In this document: positions 49,139 to 58,827 of the stretch, in pieces
Layout: every line of letters begins with the position of its first letter
Numbering within the stretch: the stretch's first letter is position 1
From: Chamaesiphon sp. OTE_75_metabat_556
GTDB lineage: Bacteria > Cyanobacteriota > Cyanobacteriia > Cyanobacteriales > Chamaesiphonaceae
DNA length: 64,000 nt
Direction: 5' to 3'
Assembly: GCF_031378165.1 (NCBI RefSeq)
Contig: NZ_JANNDR010000585.1
Location: 457 to 64,456 of the forward strand
Made by a program: the position numbers and the translations under genes
The notes under the pieces: generated by a model
The model's database searches: none
Seen by the model: the letters and a program-made list of their open reading frames with translations, nothing else
Told to the model about the DNA's origin: nothing

Positions 49139-50767
49139 CTAAATACGTTGCCATAGCTGAATAGTACCATCTGCGCCACCAATGGCGATCGTTTGATTTT
49201 GCTGCGAGATGGCCACTGACATCACCGAGCGGCCCGGATCGCCTTTGAGGATGCTTCTGGCCTTATCGCGAAATTGGCGATCTTCGCCGCGATACCAGAC
49301 CTTGGCTTTGCCATCGACACTGCCGGTAATCAAATATTGACCGTCAGGACTAAAGACACAAGCATTAATTTGCCCGGCGTGGGCTTTAATTGTCTGTACT
49401 TGATCGATTTGGGATGGGAGACCGTGATCGTCGATGTGAGGTAGCTGCCACAAGACCACATAGCCATTGACGGTACCTGCGGCGATCGTCTGCCCGTCGG
49501 GGTCGATCGCCAGGGAACCGATACAATGTTTATTCGCGGTTGACTCGACAACCGCTGCTCCCGTTGCTAACGACCAGATCTTGATGGTGCCATCATCGCC
49601 AGTACTCACAAAAAATTTACCACTAGCACTCAAGGAAATCGCCGCAATCGGTTCGAGATCGACAATTGTGGTTTGCACCGCGCCTGCTGGTAAGTGCCAC
49701 AGGACGATCGTCCGATCAAAACTACCGCTGACGAGAGTTTTACCATCGGGACTAATTGCCAGCGATCGCACGGAGGATTGGTGTTGAGTGAGATTTTGGA
49801 TCCAAGTGCCACTTTCTAGATTCCACAGCGAGATCGTTTCATCCCAACTGCCGCTCGCCAGCAGCTTACCATCGGGACTGACAGCGAGGGCGAATACCCC
49901 CTTGAGACTATCGGTGAAAGTATGTACGAGTTTGCCGACCTCAACTTGCCACAATTTAATCGTCTTATCGAAACTACCACTCACCAACCTGGTGCCATCG
50001 GGTGTAAAGCTCAGACACCGCACCCAATCGCCGTGAGCCTCGATCGTTTGCTGAAGGTGCCACGTTGGTTTAGACCACAAATCGCCGCTTAATTCTCCCG
50101 AGACCATGTTTTCTGGGAGCAATAACTCACTAGACATCAAGTCTTCGGAAATCATCTCTAACAGCGGTGTAATATCGACTTCTGGCTCATCGGCAACTGC
50201 GGGGATCGATGTAGCAGCAATTCGAGTTGGTACGGCTGGCTCGATCCCCACCTGTTGAGATACTTCCATCAAATGACGTTCTAGATACTCGACCCGATCG
50301 TTGAGCGCATTAGCTTCGAGCAAATCGACAACATCTTTGAGACTGCCCTCGACGCCACTGACATGATCTTGCATCGACTGCATTAATTGTTTGTGCTGGT
50401 CGAATTTTTGCTCTAAAGCAGTCACCTCTTGGTGTTTTGCTGCCACTAGTGCCGCTGGTTCGGATTTACTCGCCGCCATTGTCTGTTTGACCAGAGCCGT
50501 CGCAAAACTGCGGGCTTGAGCGATTTCTTGCTGGAGGACTTCACCTTGTTGCTGGAGTTCGCGATCGAGCTTACGTTCCAATGTCCGCTCGTGTAAGCGG
50601 ATATTTTGGTACGCGCGCCATCGATTGATCGCATTGAGGATCAGACTAATCAGCATCGGGACTACTGCATAGATCCAGGTTGAAGATGCGGCAGCGGCGA
50701 TCGCCCCGACTACGGCGATGGAAATCGCCAGGTATTCACTCAGGTCTAACCAATGGAGCTGTGACAT
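49139..50767 (-). CDS. WD40-repeat protein with N-terminal transmembrane helices and coiled coil
   Basis: About 7 repeats of the type LVSGSFDKTIKLW; start set at ATG 50767. Confidence 0.85.
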   Translation of the reverse strand: MSQLHWLDLSEYLAISIAVVGAIAAAASSTWIYAVVPMLISLILNAINRWRAYQNIRLHERTLERKLDRELQQQGEVLQQEIAQARSFATALVKQTMAASKSEPAALVAAKHQEVTALEQKFDQHKQLMQSMQDHVSGVEGSLKDVVDLLEANALNDRVEYLERHLMEVSQQVGIEPAVPTRIAATSIPAVADEPEVDITPLLEMISEDLMSSELLLPENMVSGELSGDLWSKPTWHLQQTIEAHGDWVRCLSFTPDGTRLVSGSFDKTIKLWQVEVGKLVHTFTDSLKGVFALAVSPDGKLLASGSWDETISLWNLESGTWIQNLTQHQSSVRSLAISPDGKTLVSGSFDRTIVLWHLPAGAVQTTIVDLEPIAAISLSASGKFFVSTGDDGTIKIWSLATGAAVVESTANKHCIGSLAIDPDGQTIAAGTVNGYVVLWQLPHIDDHGLPSQIDQVQTIKAHAGQINACVFSPDGQYLITGSVDGKAKVWYRGEDRQFRDKARSILKGDPGRSVMSVAISQQNQTIAIGGADGTIQLWQRI

Positions 50768-51194
50768 TACAATATATCGGTTATGAGTATAAATAACGAT
50801 CGTCTGACCTAATTGCTCGCTCATGATGCCACAAACAGAGACAGTGCGGCAAGTAAATCTTCGTAATCGCCAGTTGTGTCGCAAGACCGACAGCCGAAAA
50901 TTAGCGATTTGCAAGGCTTTGGGGCCAATGAAGCTCGGTTGATTTCGTGTTATCTTATCGTTAAAGATAAAGCTGCTAATTTTCACAATAGTAATCTAAA
51001 TGCTCCAGTTTAACTGACATGAGAATTGCTAATAGCCATCCAAAGTATTTGCTATGTATATTTGGCTACGCGCTACGTTATGCTGTAGCTATAATTGGTT
51101 GAGGATCGATACATCCCGCTTGCCATTATTTAAGATCTCCTCCAGCATCAACCATTTCCCGAACTGTGCCACCCTTTCACCACCATAGCCATTC

Positions 51195-52673
51195 ATGATT
51201 CCTGATTGCGACTTGCGCCTCGATCTCTGTGCCGATCCCGACAACGCTAGCGATAAACCTGAAGAAGCTTGTGGGGTGTTTGGAATCTATGCCCCCGGAC
51301 AAGAAGTTGCGAAGCTGACCTACTTTGGCTTGTATGCGCTTCAACATCGCGGTCAAGAATCGGCGGGCATTGCCACCTTTGATGGCAACCAAATGCACGA
51401 ACATCGGGATATGGGCTTGGTCTCTCATGTTTTCAATCCAGAGATTTTACAAGAGCTGTCAGGGCAACTGGCGATCGGGCATACTCGCTACTCAACGACG
51501 GGATCTAGTCGCCGTTGCAATGCGCAACCAGTAATTGTCGAAACTAAATTGGGGAATCTTGCCCTAGCACATAATGGCAACCTAGTCAATACCGCTCAGT
51601 TGCATGAATATCTACTGGCACGAGGGTGCGAGCCGAGCACGACGATCGATTCCGAAATGATTGCGTTGATAATTCGCGAAGAAGTGAACGCGGGCAAAGG
51701 GTGGGTAGAGGCAACCATTAGTGCCTGTAAACAATGCGTTGGAGCATTCAGTCTGACGATCGCCACTCCCGATGGGGTGATGGCGATCCGCGACCCCCAT
51801 GGCATTCGTCCCTTGGTATTGGGCTTCATGCCCGATCGTGTGGGTCACTATGTGGTTGCTTCGGAAACTTGCGCCCTAGATATTATTGGTGCCGAATACG
51901 AGCGCGATGTTAAACCTGGCGAATTGCTGTGGATCGACGCTGAGGGCGTTACCGCGATCGATTGGGCGACCAAAGTGCAGCCGAAGCTGTGTATTTTTGA
52001 GATGATTTACTTTGCCCGTCCCGATAGTTGGGTACACGACGAGAGTTTATACAGCTACCGAATGCGACTGGGCAAACAATTGGCGAAGGAATCTTTTCAT
52101 GATGCGGATATCGTCATCGGCGTGCCTGATTCGGGCATTCCGGCGGCGATTGGCTTTTCAGAGGCATCGGGCATTCCCTATGCCGAAGGCTTGATCAAAA
52201 ACCGCTATGTGGGGCGGACATTCATTCAACCCACCCAAGAGATGCGCGAAGCCGGGATTCGGATGAAATTGAATCCGCTCCGAGACGTATTGAAGGGAAA
52301 ACGAGTGATTGTCATTGATGACTCGATCGTGCGCGGCACGACTAGTCGGAAACTGGTTAAAGCACTCCGAGACGCGGGAGCGACCGAAATCCACATGCGG
52401 ATTTCCTCGCCACCAGTGACGCATCCTTGCTTCTATGGGATCGATACCGATACCCAGGATCAATTAATTGCGGCCACGAAGTCGGTTGCAGAAATTGCCG
52501 AACAGATTGGAGTCGATACGCTGGCATATCTATCTTGGGAAGGGATGTTATCTGCGACCGAGCGCGATCCGAATAATTTCTGTTCGGCTTGTTTTACTGG
52601 CGATTACCCAGTGGAAATTCCTGATGGTGTCAAGAAGTCCAAGCTGATGTTGGAGCTGGGTGCCAGAGGCTAG
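51195..52673 (+). CDS. purF: Amidophosphoribosyltransferase
   Basis: EACGVFG, LQHRGQESAG, GHTRYSTTG, VIDDSIVRGTT, CSACF. Confidence 0.97.
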   Translation: MIPDCDLRLDLCADPDNASDKPEEACGVFGIYAPGQEVAKLTYFGLYALQHRGQESAGIATFDGNQMHEHRDMGLVSHVFNPEILQELSGQLAIGHTRYSTTGSSRRCNAQPVIVETKLGNLALAHNGNLVNTAQLHEYLLARGCEPSTTIDSEMIALIIREEVNAGKGWVEATISACKQCVGAFSLTIATPDGVMAIRDPHGIRPLVLGFMPDRVGHYVVASETCALDIIGAEYERDVKPGELLWIDAEGVTAIDWATKVQPKLCIFEMIYFARPDSWVHDESLYSYRMRLGKQLAKESFHDADIVIGVPDSGIPAAIGFSEASGIPYAEGLIKNRYVGRTFIQPTQEMREAGIRMKLNPLRDVLKGKRVIVIDDSIVRGTTSRKLVKALRDAGATEIHMRISSPPVTHPCFYGIDTDTQDQLIAATKSVAEIAEQIGVDTLAYLSWEGMLSATERDPNNFCSACFTGDYPVEIPDGVKKSKLMLELGARG

Positions 52674-52782
52674 GTTTAATTGATAGTTGATAATTGATAA
52701 TTGATAGTCAACGTCAGTACAGTCGCCAGCTTACTCCGATCCCGAACTCACGTTCGTTAGGTATTGTCAAGGATTCATGGAC

Positions 52783-52808
52783 AAAAAGCAGCCTGATGGC
52801 TGCTTTTT
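52783..52808. terminator. Bidirectional intrinsic terminator
   Basis: AAAAAGCAGCC-TGAT-GGCTGCTTTTT between the convergent purF and peroxiredoxin genes. Confidence 0.8.
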
Positions 52809-52832
52809 TCGATTGGAGTGAATCTAATCGAT

Positions 52833-53468
52833 CTATTTATTTGGTTGGGGAGTCATCCGCAGATAAGGCTTGAGTTCGGTGATGCCCTTGGGAAACTTCA
52901 CTTTAGCTTCCTCGGTCGAGATGGTGGGTACGACTACACAATCGCCACCATCAACCCAGTTGGCCGGAGTTGCCACACTGTAGTTATCCGTCAGTTGGAG
53001 CGAATCAATGACCCGTAAGATCTCATCAAAATTGCGGCCAGTGCTCGGCGGATAAGTGATTGTCAGCCGGAGCTTTTTATTGGGATCGATAATAAATACC
53101 GAACGGACAGTCACCATCGCATTCGCATTCGGGTGAATCATGTCATACAAGTCAGAGACTTTTTTGTCTGGATCGGCAATAATCGGATAGTTTAGTGCCG
53201 AACCTTGGGTTTCAAGGATATCCCCAACCCAGCCGTTATGAGAGTCTACATCATCGACACTCAGGGCGATCGGTTTAACGTTACGCTTGTCAAATTCTGG
53301 TTTTAGTTTGGCGACTTCGCCAAGTTCGGTCGTACAAACTGGAGTGAAATCTTTAGGGTGCGAAAATAGAATCACCCAACTAGTGCCAGCCCATTCAAAG
53401 AAGTCGATCGTGCCCTGGGTCGTAGCTTGGGTGAAGTTGGGTACGGTGTCCCCTAATCTTAACTGCAT
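52833..53468 (-). CDS. 1-Cys peroxiredoxin (Prx6)
   Basis: FSHPKDFTPVCTTELG, YP.STGRNFDEILRVIDSLQL. Confidence 0.93.
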   Translation of the reverse strand: MQLRLGDTVPNFTQATTQGTIDFFEWAGTSWVILFSHPKDFTPVCTTELGEVAKLKPEFDKRNVKPIALSVDDVDSHNGWVGDILETQGSALNYPIIADPDKKVSDLYDMIHPNANAMVTVRSVFIIDPNKKLRLTITYPPSTGRNFDEILRVIDSLQLTDNYSVATPANWVDGGDCVVVPTISTEEAKVKFPKGITELKPYLRMTPQPNK

Positions 53469-53605
53469 AATCTATCTAAATAGGTGAAAGTGGATAGGAG
53501 CAACTTTCGATGGTGACACGAATTTACCCCTATCTGATCGCACTATACATGTTTATTTACGATCGCGTCGGCAGTGTTGCCGGCGATCGTCATTTGTCAA
53601 TTGGC

Positions 53606-54982
53606 TTACACGCGGACGATTTCTTCGGCATAGCGGTAGGTGGTTTCACCCGCAGCATTGACCCGCACCCGCTCGATTTTGGCTCCCAGGTTGCGCATTT
53701 TGGCTTCGAGGCAATCGTAACCGCGATCGAGGTGATGGAGGTCTTGAATCGTCGTTTTACCATGAGCGGCTAAACCCGCCAGGACTAGTGCGGCTGAAGC
53801 GCGCAGATCGGTGGCGGTGACAGTCGCACCAGATAACAACGGTACGCCTTCGACGATCGCATGATTGCCTTTAACCCTAATATTGGCACCCATCCGCTTG
53901 AGTTCGGCCACATGTTGGAGTCGATTTTCAAATACAGTTTCGGTAATGACGCTGTTGCCTTCACTCACTGCGAGCATCGCCATAAATTGGGCTTGCATAT
54001 CGGTCGGAAAAGCGGGATAAGGCAGCGTCTCGATATCCGTCCCTTTGAGGGTACCCGTGGGAATAACCCGCAGGCGATCTGGCGCATCCATGACTACTTT
54101 GGCACCAATCTGCTCTAACTTGGCGATCGCCGCCGTGAGATGATCGGGAATCACTGGATACATACTAATTTCGGAATTGGTAATCGCCCCAGCGACAAGG
54201 AAGGTCGCGGCTTCGACTCGATCGGCAATAATACTATAATCAGCCTCGTGCAACTTATCGACACCGACGATCGCAATTCGATCGGTACCCGCACCCGTAA
54301 TCTGCGCGCCCATCGCAATACAGAAATTGGCCAGATCGACAACTTCCGGTTCCTTGGCCGCGTTCTCTAAGATCGTCTCACCTTCAGCTAGCGTCGCCGC
54401 CATCATCAAGGTTTCGGTCGCGCCGACACTTGGGTAATCCAGATAGATTTTCGCCCCTTGCAGGCGTTTATTCGACCCAGCCAAATAAGCATTGACAATC
54501 CCATGCTCGATTTCCACATGGGCACCCATTGCCTGTAACCCGCGTACGTGTAATTCGATCGGTCTAGCACCGATCGAGCAACCTCCGGGCATCGGTACTT
54601 TCGCCACTCCCAATCGTGCCAAAATCGGCCCGATCGCAAAAAAAGCTGCTCGCAACTTGGAAACTAATTCAAACGGTGGTGTGTAACAGTTAAAACCAGT
54701 CGTATCAAAATCTAAGACTTCGCCGTTCCGTTGAATTTTGACGCCTAATGCCTCGATAATCTGGCACATTTTATCGACATCTACTAGCCCCGGAATATTT
54801 TGGAGGCGGCAACCGGTCGAGCACAGCAAGGCTCCAGCCATAACAACCAAGGCGGAATTTTTCGCGCCACTGATTTTTACTTCTCCAGAGAGCGGGTGTT
54901 GACCCCAGATGTGAATGACTGGCTTATCTGTGGCTAACATAGTTTGGGTGGTGGTGATGCTACTGATAGGTTTTTCCTCCAA
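53606..54982 (-). CDS. murA: UDP-N-acetylglucosamine 1-carboxyvinyltransferase
   Basis: [36 protein letters not shown]. Confidence 0.97.
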   Translation of the reverse strand: MEEKPISSITTTQTMLATDKPVIHIWGQHPLSGEVKISGAKNSALVVMAGALLCSTGCRLQNIPGLVDVDKMCQIIEALGVKIQRNGEVLDFDTTGFNCYTPPFELVSKLRAAFFAIGPILARLGVAKVPMPGGCSIGARPIELHVRGLQAMGAHVEIEHGIVNAYLAGSNKRLQGAKIYLDYPSVGATETLMMAATLAEGETILENAAKEPEVVDLANFCIAMGAQITGAGTDRIAIVGVDKLHEADYSIIADRVEAATFLVAGAITNSEISMYPVIPDHLTAAIAKLEQIGAKVVMDAPDRLRVIPTGTLKGTDIETLPYPAFPTDMQAQFMAMLAVSEGNSVITETVFENRLQHVAELKRMGANIRVKGNHAIVEGVPLLSGATVTATDLRASAALVLAGLAAHGKTTIQDLHHLDRGYDCLEAKMRNLGAKIERVRVNAAGETTYRYAEEIVRV

Positions 54983-55336
54983 ATTGCAAGAGATTGCGGT
55001 CGGATTACTTATTTTTGCTTAGATTCTACAGGAAGTTAGGTAATAAATCTGATCGATTTTCAGTAATTAGACATGAATTCGATCGCCATCAGTAAGATTT
55101 GTTACCATTTTTGCCAGTGGGGAACTCGATTAGACAGGTTTGGCATTTGACAACAATGCAAACATCACCACAGCTTCGCCAATTAGCGATGGTTGCATTT
55201 ACCAGCGGTACGACCGAATACTGACTGGTTTACTAACTACTTGTATAATTCCCGGTTCCCAGCAGTTTATGTTTACACCGGACAATTTTGTTCGGATCGC
55301 GGCTGCTGGACGATCGAGAAATTGTTAATTGATACT

Positions 55337-55449
55337 AACAGGGATCGCGAGTTGCCAGTTCGCGATCCCTGTTGTGCAGCAGCATGAATAGCACAGCAGT
55401 CTTGGTTGTGGGGGTCAGAATGAACCGACTCACACAACCAAGACTGCTG
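55337..55449. other. Two adjacent long stem-loops downstream of crtR
   Basis: 14-bp perfect stem 55337-55373 and 17-bp perfect stem 55394-55449. Confidence 0.7.
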
Positions 55450-55507
55450 GGTAAACAAGCAATCTGAAGATAAGTTCAGCACAGTTGCTGAATTTACACC
55501 ATCGACA

Positions 55508-56422
55508 TTAGGAAGACTTTTCCCTACTGGCTGACTCCACCGGCTCAGCTTTGTGATGAAACCGAATCCCCAAAAAGATGTCATAAACAAAGTGCAGAAA
55601 ATCTTTACCCTGCAATAACCCCAGCGATTGATGGCACCCCTTTGATTCGAGCAAAGGCTTGGTAGCCTGATACGCAGCTTGATACTTGTACCACGGAATC
55701 GATGGCCATAGATGATGAATCAAGTGATAATTTTGGCCGAAAATCAAGATGTTTAAAATAGGGCCAGGATAGACGCGAGCATTTTTCCAGCGATTGCGAT
55801 CTTTGAATGGGCGATGTGGTAGATAGTCGAAAAATAATCCCAGTGCTAATCCGACAACCAGTGCAGGCGAAAACCAAAAATCAAAGATGTATGCTGTAAA
55901 ACCATGTTGACAAGCATAATAAATTACCAGCCCCACGAATAACCTGCTGAGGAACCATTCTAGTAGCTCGTATTTGCGCCACAGTTTGCGCTGAAAGAAG
56001 TAAATCTCATGATAAAAAAATCTGGCAGCAATTAGCCAGAGTGGGCCACCTGTGGAAACGAAATGATCGGGATCGTTATCGGGATCGTTAACGTTGGCAT
56101 GGTGCTGGATGTGGACGCGGGTAAATACGGGAAATGCAAACCCTAGCATCAAGGCACTCACATGACCCATAATGGCATTCGCCACCCGATCGGGATGAGC
56201 GGCATTATGAGAAGCATCATGAATGACCGTCCCTGCCATATGTAAAGCCAAGACATTGAAGCCGAAGCAACACCAACCTGGTAGCTGCCATTGCCAATAG
56301 CCGATCGTGGAAATCGTCACTAGAGCAATCGCGCCAAAGAACATGAAGACATTGGGATTCAAGTCATCAGGCGGTCCCAAAAATTCCCTAGGGACTCTGA
56401 GGGGCTGCTGCACCTCCGACAT
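55508..56422 (-). CDS. crtR: Beta-carotene hydroxylase
   Basis: His boxes HDASH, HIQHH, HLIHH; DPDNDPDHFVSTGGPLW. Confidence 0.92.
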   Translation of the reverse strand: MSEVQQPLRVPREFLGPPDDLNPNVFMFFGAIALVTISTIGYWQWQLPGWCCFGFNVLALHMAGTVIHDASHNAAHPDRVANAIMGHVSALMLGFAFPVFTRVHIQHHANVNDPDNDPDHFVSTGGPLWLIAARFFYHEIYFFQRKLWRKYELLEWFLSRLFVGLVIYYACQHGFTAYIFDFWFSPALVVGLALGLFFDYLPHRPFKDRNRWKNARVYPGPILNILIFGQNYHLIHHLWPSIPWYKYQAAYQATKPLLESKGCHQSLGLLQGKDFLHFVYDIFLGIRFHHKAEPVESASREKSS

Positions 56423-56807
56423 TAGATTTTTGCTCCTTTAAACATGGGATTAAGCTTTGCTTTCGTAGTATACGCTAATCCCAGCCGATGATAAAGATTT
56501 GTGAAATTTTTTAATGTAGTGTAAATGTCGCGATCGCCCCGAAAGCCGTAATCAAACAGTAAGCGATCTCGATTTGCAGCAATACTACGATTGGAGTAGT
56601 CGATCGCGCCCACCGAAGCAAAGCCGCTCCCCGTCGCAGAATCGCAATTACACTCTCTCCAAATTAATAACCCTAACTAATCGATTTAGCACAAAAGCTG
56701 AGGATTTATTATCTGTCACAAATTATCAAAAATAACTGATTTCCAACCACTGCCAGACTTGCACGTCAACATCTGGCAGCCATGAATATTTAGGTAAATT
56801 CTCAGCT

Positions 56808-56855
56808 ATGGGCAACCCGAGGCTCGAACTCGGAACCAACGGATTAAGAGTCCGA
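56808..56855 (-). repeat. att site: duplicated 3' part of tRNA-Lys
   Basis: ATGGGCAACCCGAGGCTCGAACTCGGAACCAACGGATTAAGAGTCCGA, covering anticodon stem to acceptor end. Confidence 0.9.
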
Positions 56856-57081
56856 ACTCAGATGATACTCTGAGCAGGTTACAGGAGTTGGTGATAATTT
56901 TTAACCCAATCCTACCCCAATTGCTAAATGTTATTTGTCTATATTCTAGTTGTGATAATGCCATAATATTTAGTACTACTTATTTTTGTTTGAACTGCTT
57001 GTAACAGTCCATCGATTCTCCTAGCGGAGACGCTACGCGAACGTTCTAGCCCCTGCCTTTGCTGGTGGGGGCTATTTCGAT

Positions 57082-57408
57082 CTATTCTGCAAACATTTCA
57101 CCCAAAGCCATTAAAACAGCCTTACCTGTATCAATGTCGATCGTTCCCAATTTCTTGAGTAACCGATCCTTGGATACCGATCGGATTTGATCCAAGGCTA
57201 CGAAACCGTCTTTATCATCAAAACTAACCGGAATCCTACTTGGGTACTTTTTGCCGCTGGTAGTCATGGGTGCAACGATTACCGTTGCTAAATTACTGTT
57301 AATCTCGTCTGGTGATATTACCAAACAAGGGCGAGTCTTGTGGATCTCACTGCCAACAGTAGGATCGAGCTTGACCAAAAAGACATCGAATCTTTCTACC
57401 AGTTCCAT
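57082..57408 (-). CDS. mazF: PemK/MazF family toxin
   Basis: VKLDPTVGSEIHKTRPCLVISPD, VIVAPMT, LDQIRSVSKDRL. Confidence 0.92.
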   Translation of the reverse strand: MELVERFDVFLVKLDPTVGSEIHKTRPCLVISPDEINSNLATVIVAPMTTSGKKYPSRIPVSFDDKDGFVALDQIRSVSKDRLLKKLGTIDIDTGKAVLMALGEMFAE

Positions 57409-57653
57409 TCTGTCTCATCCCATGAGTTTTTAACTTCGAGTGGTTCGAGTTCATCACCATCACTAGCCATTTGAGCAAAAGCATCATTCCACCCCACTCG
57501 CGGTTTAGTTGCGGCTGTGATCACGATTTGATTATCTCTCACCTCGATTTCGATATTCTCCTTAATCCCGCTCAGTTCTAGCATGGCTTTGGGTAGTCGG
57601 ATTCCCTGTGAGTTCCCAACCTGCACTATTCGGCTTTTTACTGTTTTAGTCAT
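57396..57653 (-). CDS. mazE: AbrB/MazE family antitoxin
   Basis: IVQVGNSQGIRLPK; overlaps the toxin start. Confidence 0.9.
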   Translation of the reverse strand: MTKTVKSRIVQVGNSQGIRLPKAMLELSGIKENIEIEVRDNQIVITAATKPRVGWNDAFAQMASDGDELEPLEVKNSWDETEWNW

Positions 57654-57658
57654 CTGCT

Positions 57659-57937
57659 TTATTTGCTGTTGGTTACATTGTACCCTAGTAGCTCGTTCGG
57701 TGTGGATTTTTCCCAGTCATCTAAATTGTGGTGAATCGATTCATAGTCTTCAATCAGTTTAACTACCAACATCAATAGGGCTGTTTCCTCTGAAGTGCGA
57801 TCGCTCCGTTTGTGCATTAACATCTGAGCCACAGCTAGAAACCGATCGTATTCTTCCTCAGTCTCGATTACCTTGGGGCTGATATCGGCTGTATCCAATA
57901 GATCTAGATATTTTTTCTTATCAACAGTAGTCGTCAT
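57659..57937 (-). pseudogene. HigA-type antitoxin lacking its C-terminal HTH
   Basis: PKVIETEEEYDRFL...LLMLVVKLIEDYE...STPNELL, then an unrelated short tail. Confidence 0.7.
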
Positions 57938-58046
57938 TTTTCCAATTCTCCTTATCGTATTCTGCGTGAGTTAGAAAATATTTGTAGTAGATTAGCTGGT
58001 CTTCATAGTCGATCGATACTATCAATCGGTACTTATTACCTTTGAT
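57921..58046 (-). pseudogene. 3' half of HigB toxin
   Basis: IKGNKYRLIVSIDYEDQLIYTKYFLTHAEYDKENWK; 5' half missing, with the break at a CGATC. Confidence 0.8.
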
Positions 58047-58291
58047 CGACCCGCGACTTTGACAGCCCAATCACCTAAGCCCAAGTCTTTAGCAGCTTGA
58101 AGCCCATGTTCTATCTGTTTGGTGCGAGTATCGATATTCTCTTTCTTCTGAGCTTCAGTAGCAGTCTGGAGTTTCTGGACAGGTTCTCGATCGTCAATAC
58201 CCCTTAATCAAGCCCTAATTAATTAGTTTCATCCTGATACTTATCACGACAGGTTGGATACATAGTCAGTAGCCACACCCCCGAAACAGCC

Positions 58292-58825
58292 ATGTACACC
58301 GTCGCCTCACTCAAGGCAGAGCATAAAACCTTAGTCGCCGCCAAGACAGCACATAAGGTTAAAGCCGCTAGCTGGCAAGCTCTCGCCAATAAACTAAATA
58401 AGCCATCTCCAGCCAAAGCTTTAGCAATAGCCGAACTCAAGGCAGCTATTTATCAACGCTTTTCCGTAGACAGCACTCCTGCTCTCCGTAAATCTAAGAA
58501 TTTTGAGATGGCCACTGACGGCATAGGTAGCCTAAACTTCTCAATCAAAGAAACCTGGGAAAAACTTTACCGCCAGTGTATAGGTGTTTTGCCAAACGAA
58601 TCTTTAGAGGAAGGCGAGAACTGCATCAATGGCGTGGATATCTTCAAGTACTTCCGGCCATGGCAAGTGTTTGGCTTAAATGGGAAAACCGCAACTGCTG
58701 CGGATATCAAAGCGTCTTACCGTAACCTCTCCAAAGTTTAGCACCCCGATAATCACAAAACTGGTAACGCGGCGATATTCGATCGCATCAACACCATGTA
58801 CCAAAGCATCAGTGCGAGAGCTTAG
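58292..58825 (+). pseudogene. J-domain (DnaJ-like) protein with in-frame TAG immediately before HPD
   Basis: PWQVFGL...ADIKASYRNLSKV*HPDNHKTGNAAIFDRINTMYQSISARA; TAG at 58739-58741, natural stop at 58823-58825. Confidence 0.8.
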
Positions 58826-58827
58826 TC

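Noticed and set aside
50768-50986. N-terminal 73 aa of the WD40 ORF in the track
   Set aside because: Non-ATG start and no recognisable features; ATG 50767 precedes the transmembrane segment and is more plausible.
55140-55330. Short plus-strand ORFs between murA and crtR
   Set aside because: No clear RBS or motif, and the frames are mutually overlapping.
56808-56855. Second tRNA-Lys gene
   Set aside because: Lacks the 5' acceptor strand and D arm; it is the att duplication.
6838-58741. Stop-codon reassignment suggested by three in-frame stops
   Set aside because: The three are different codons (TGA, TAA, TAG), all in accessory genes, and core genes use all three as normal stops.
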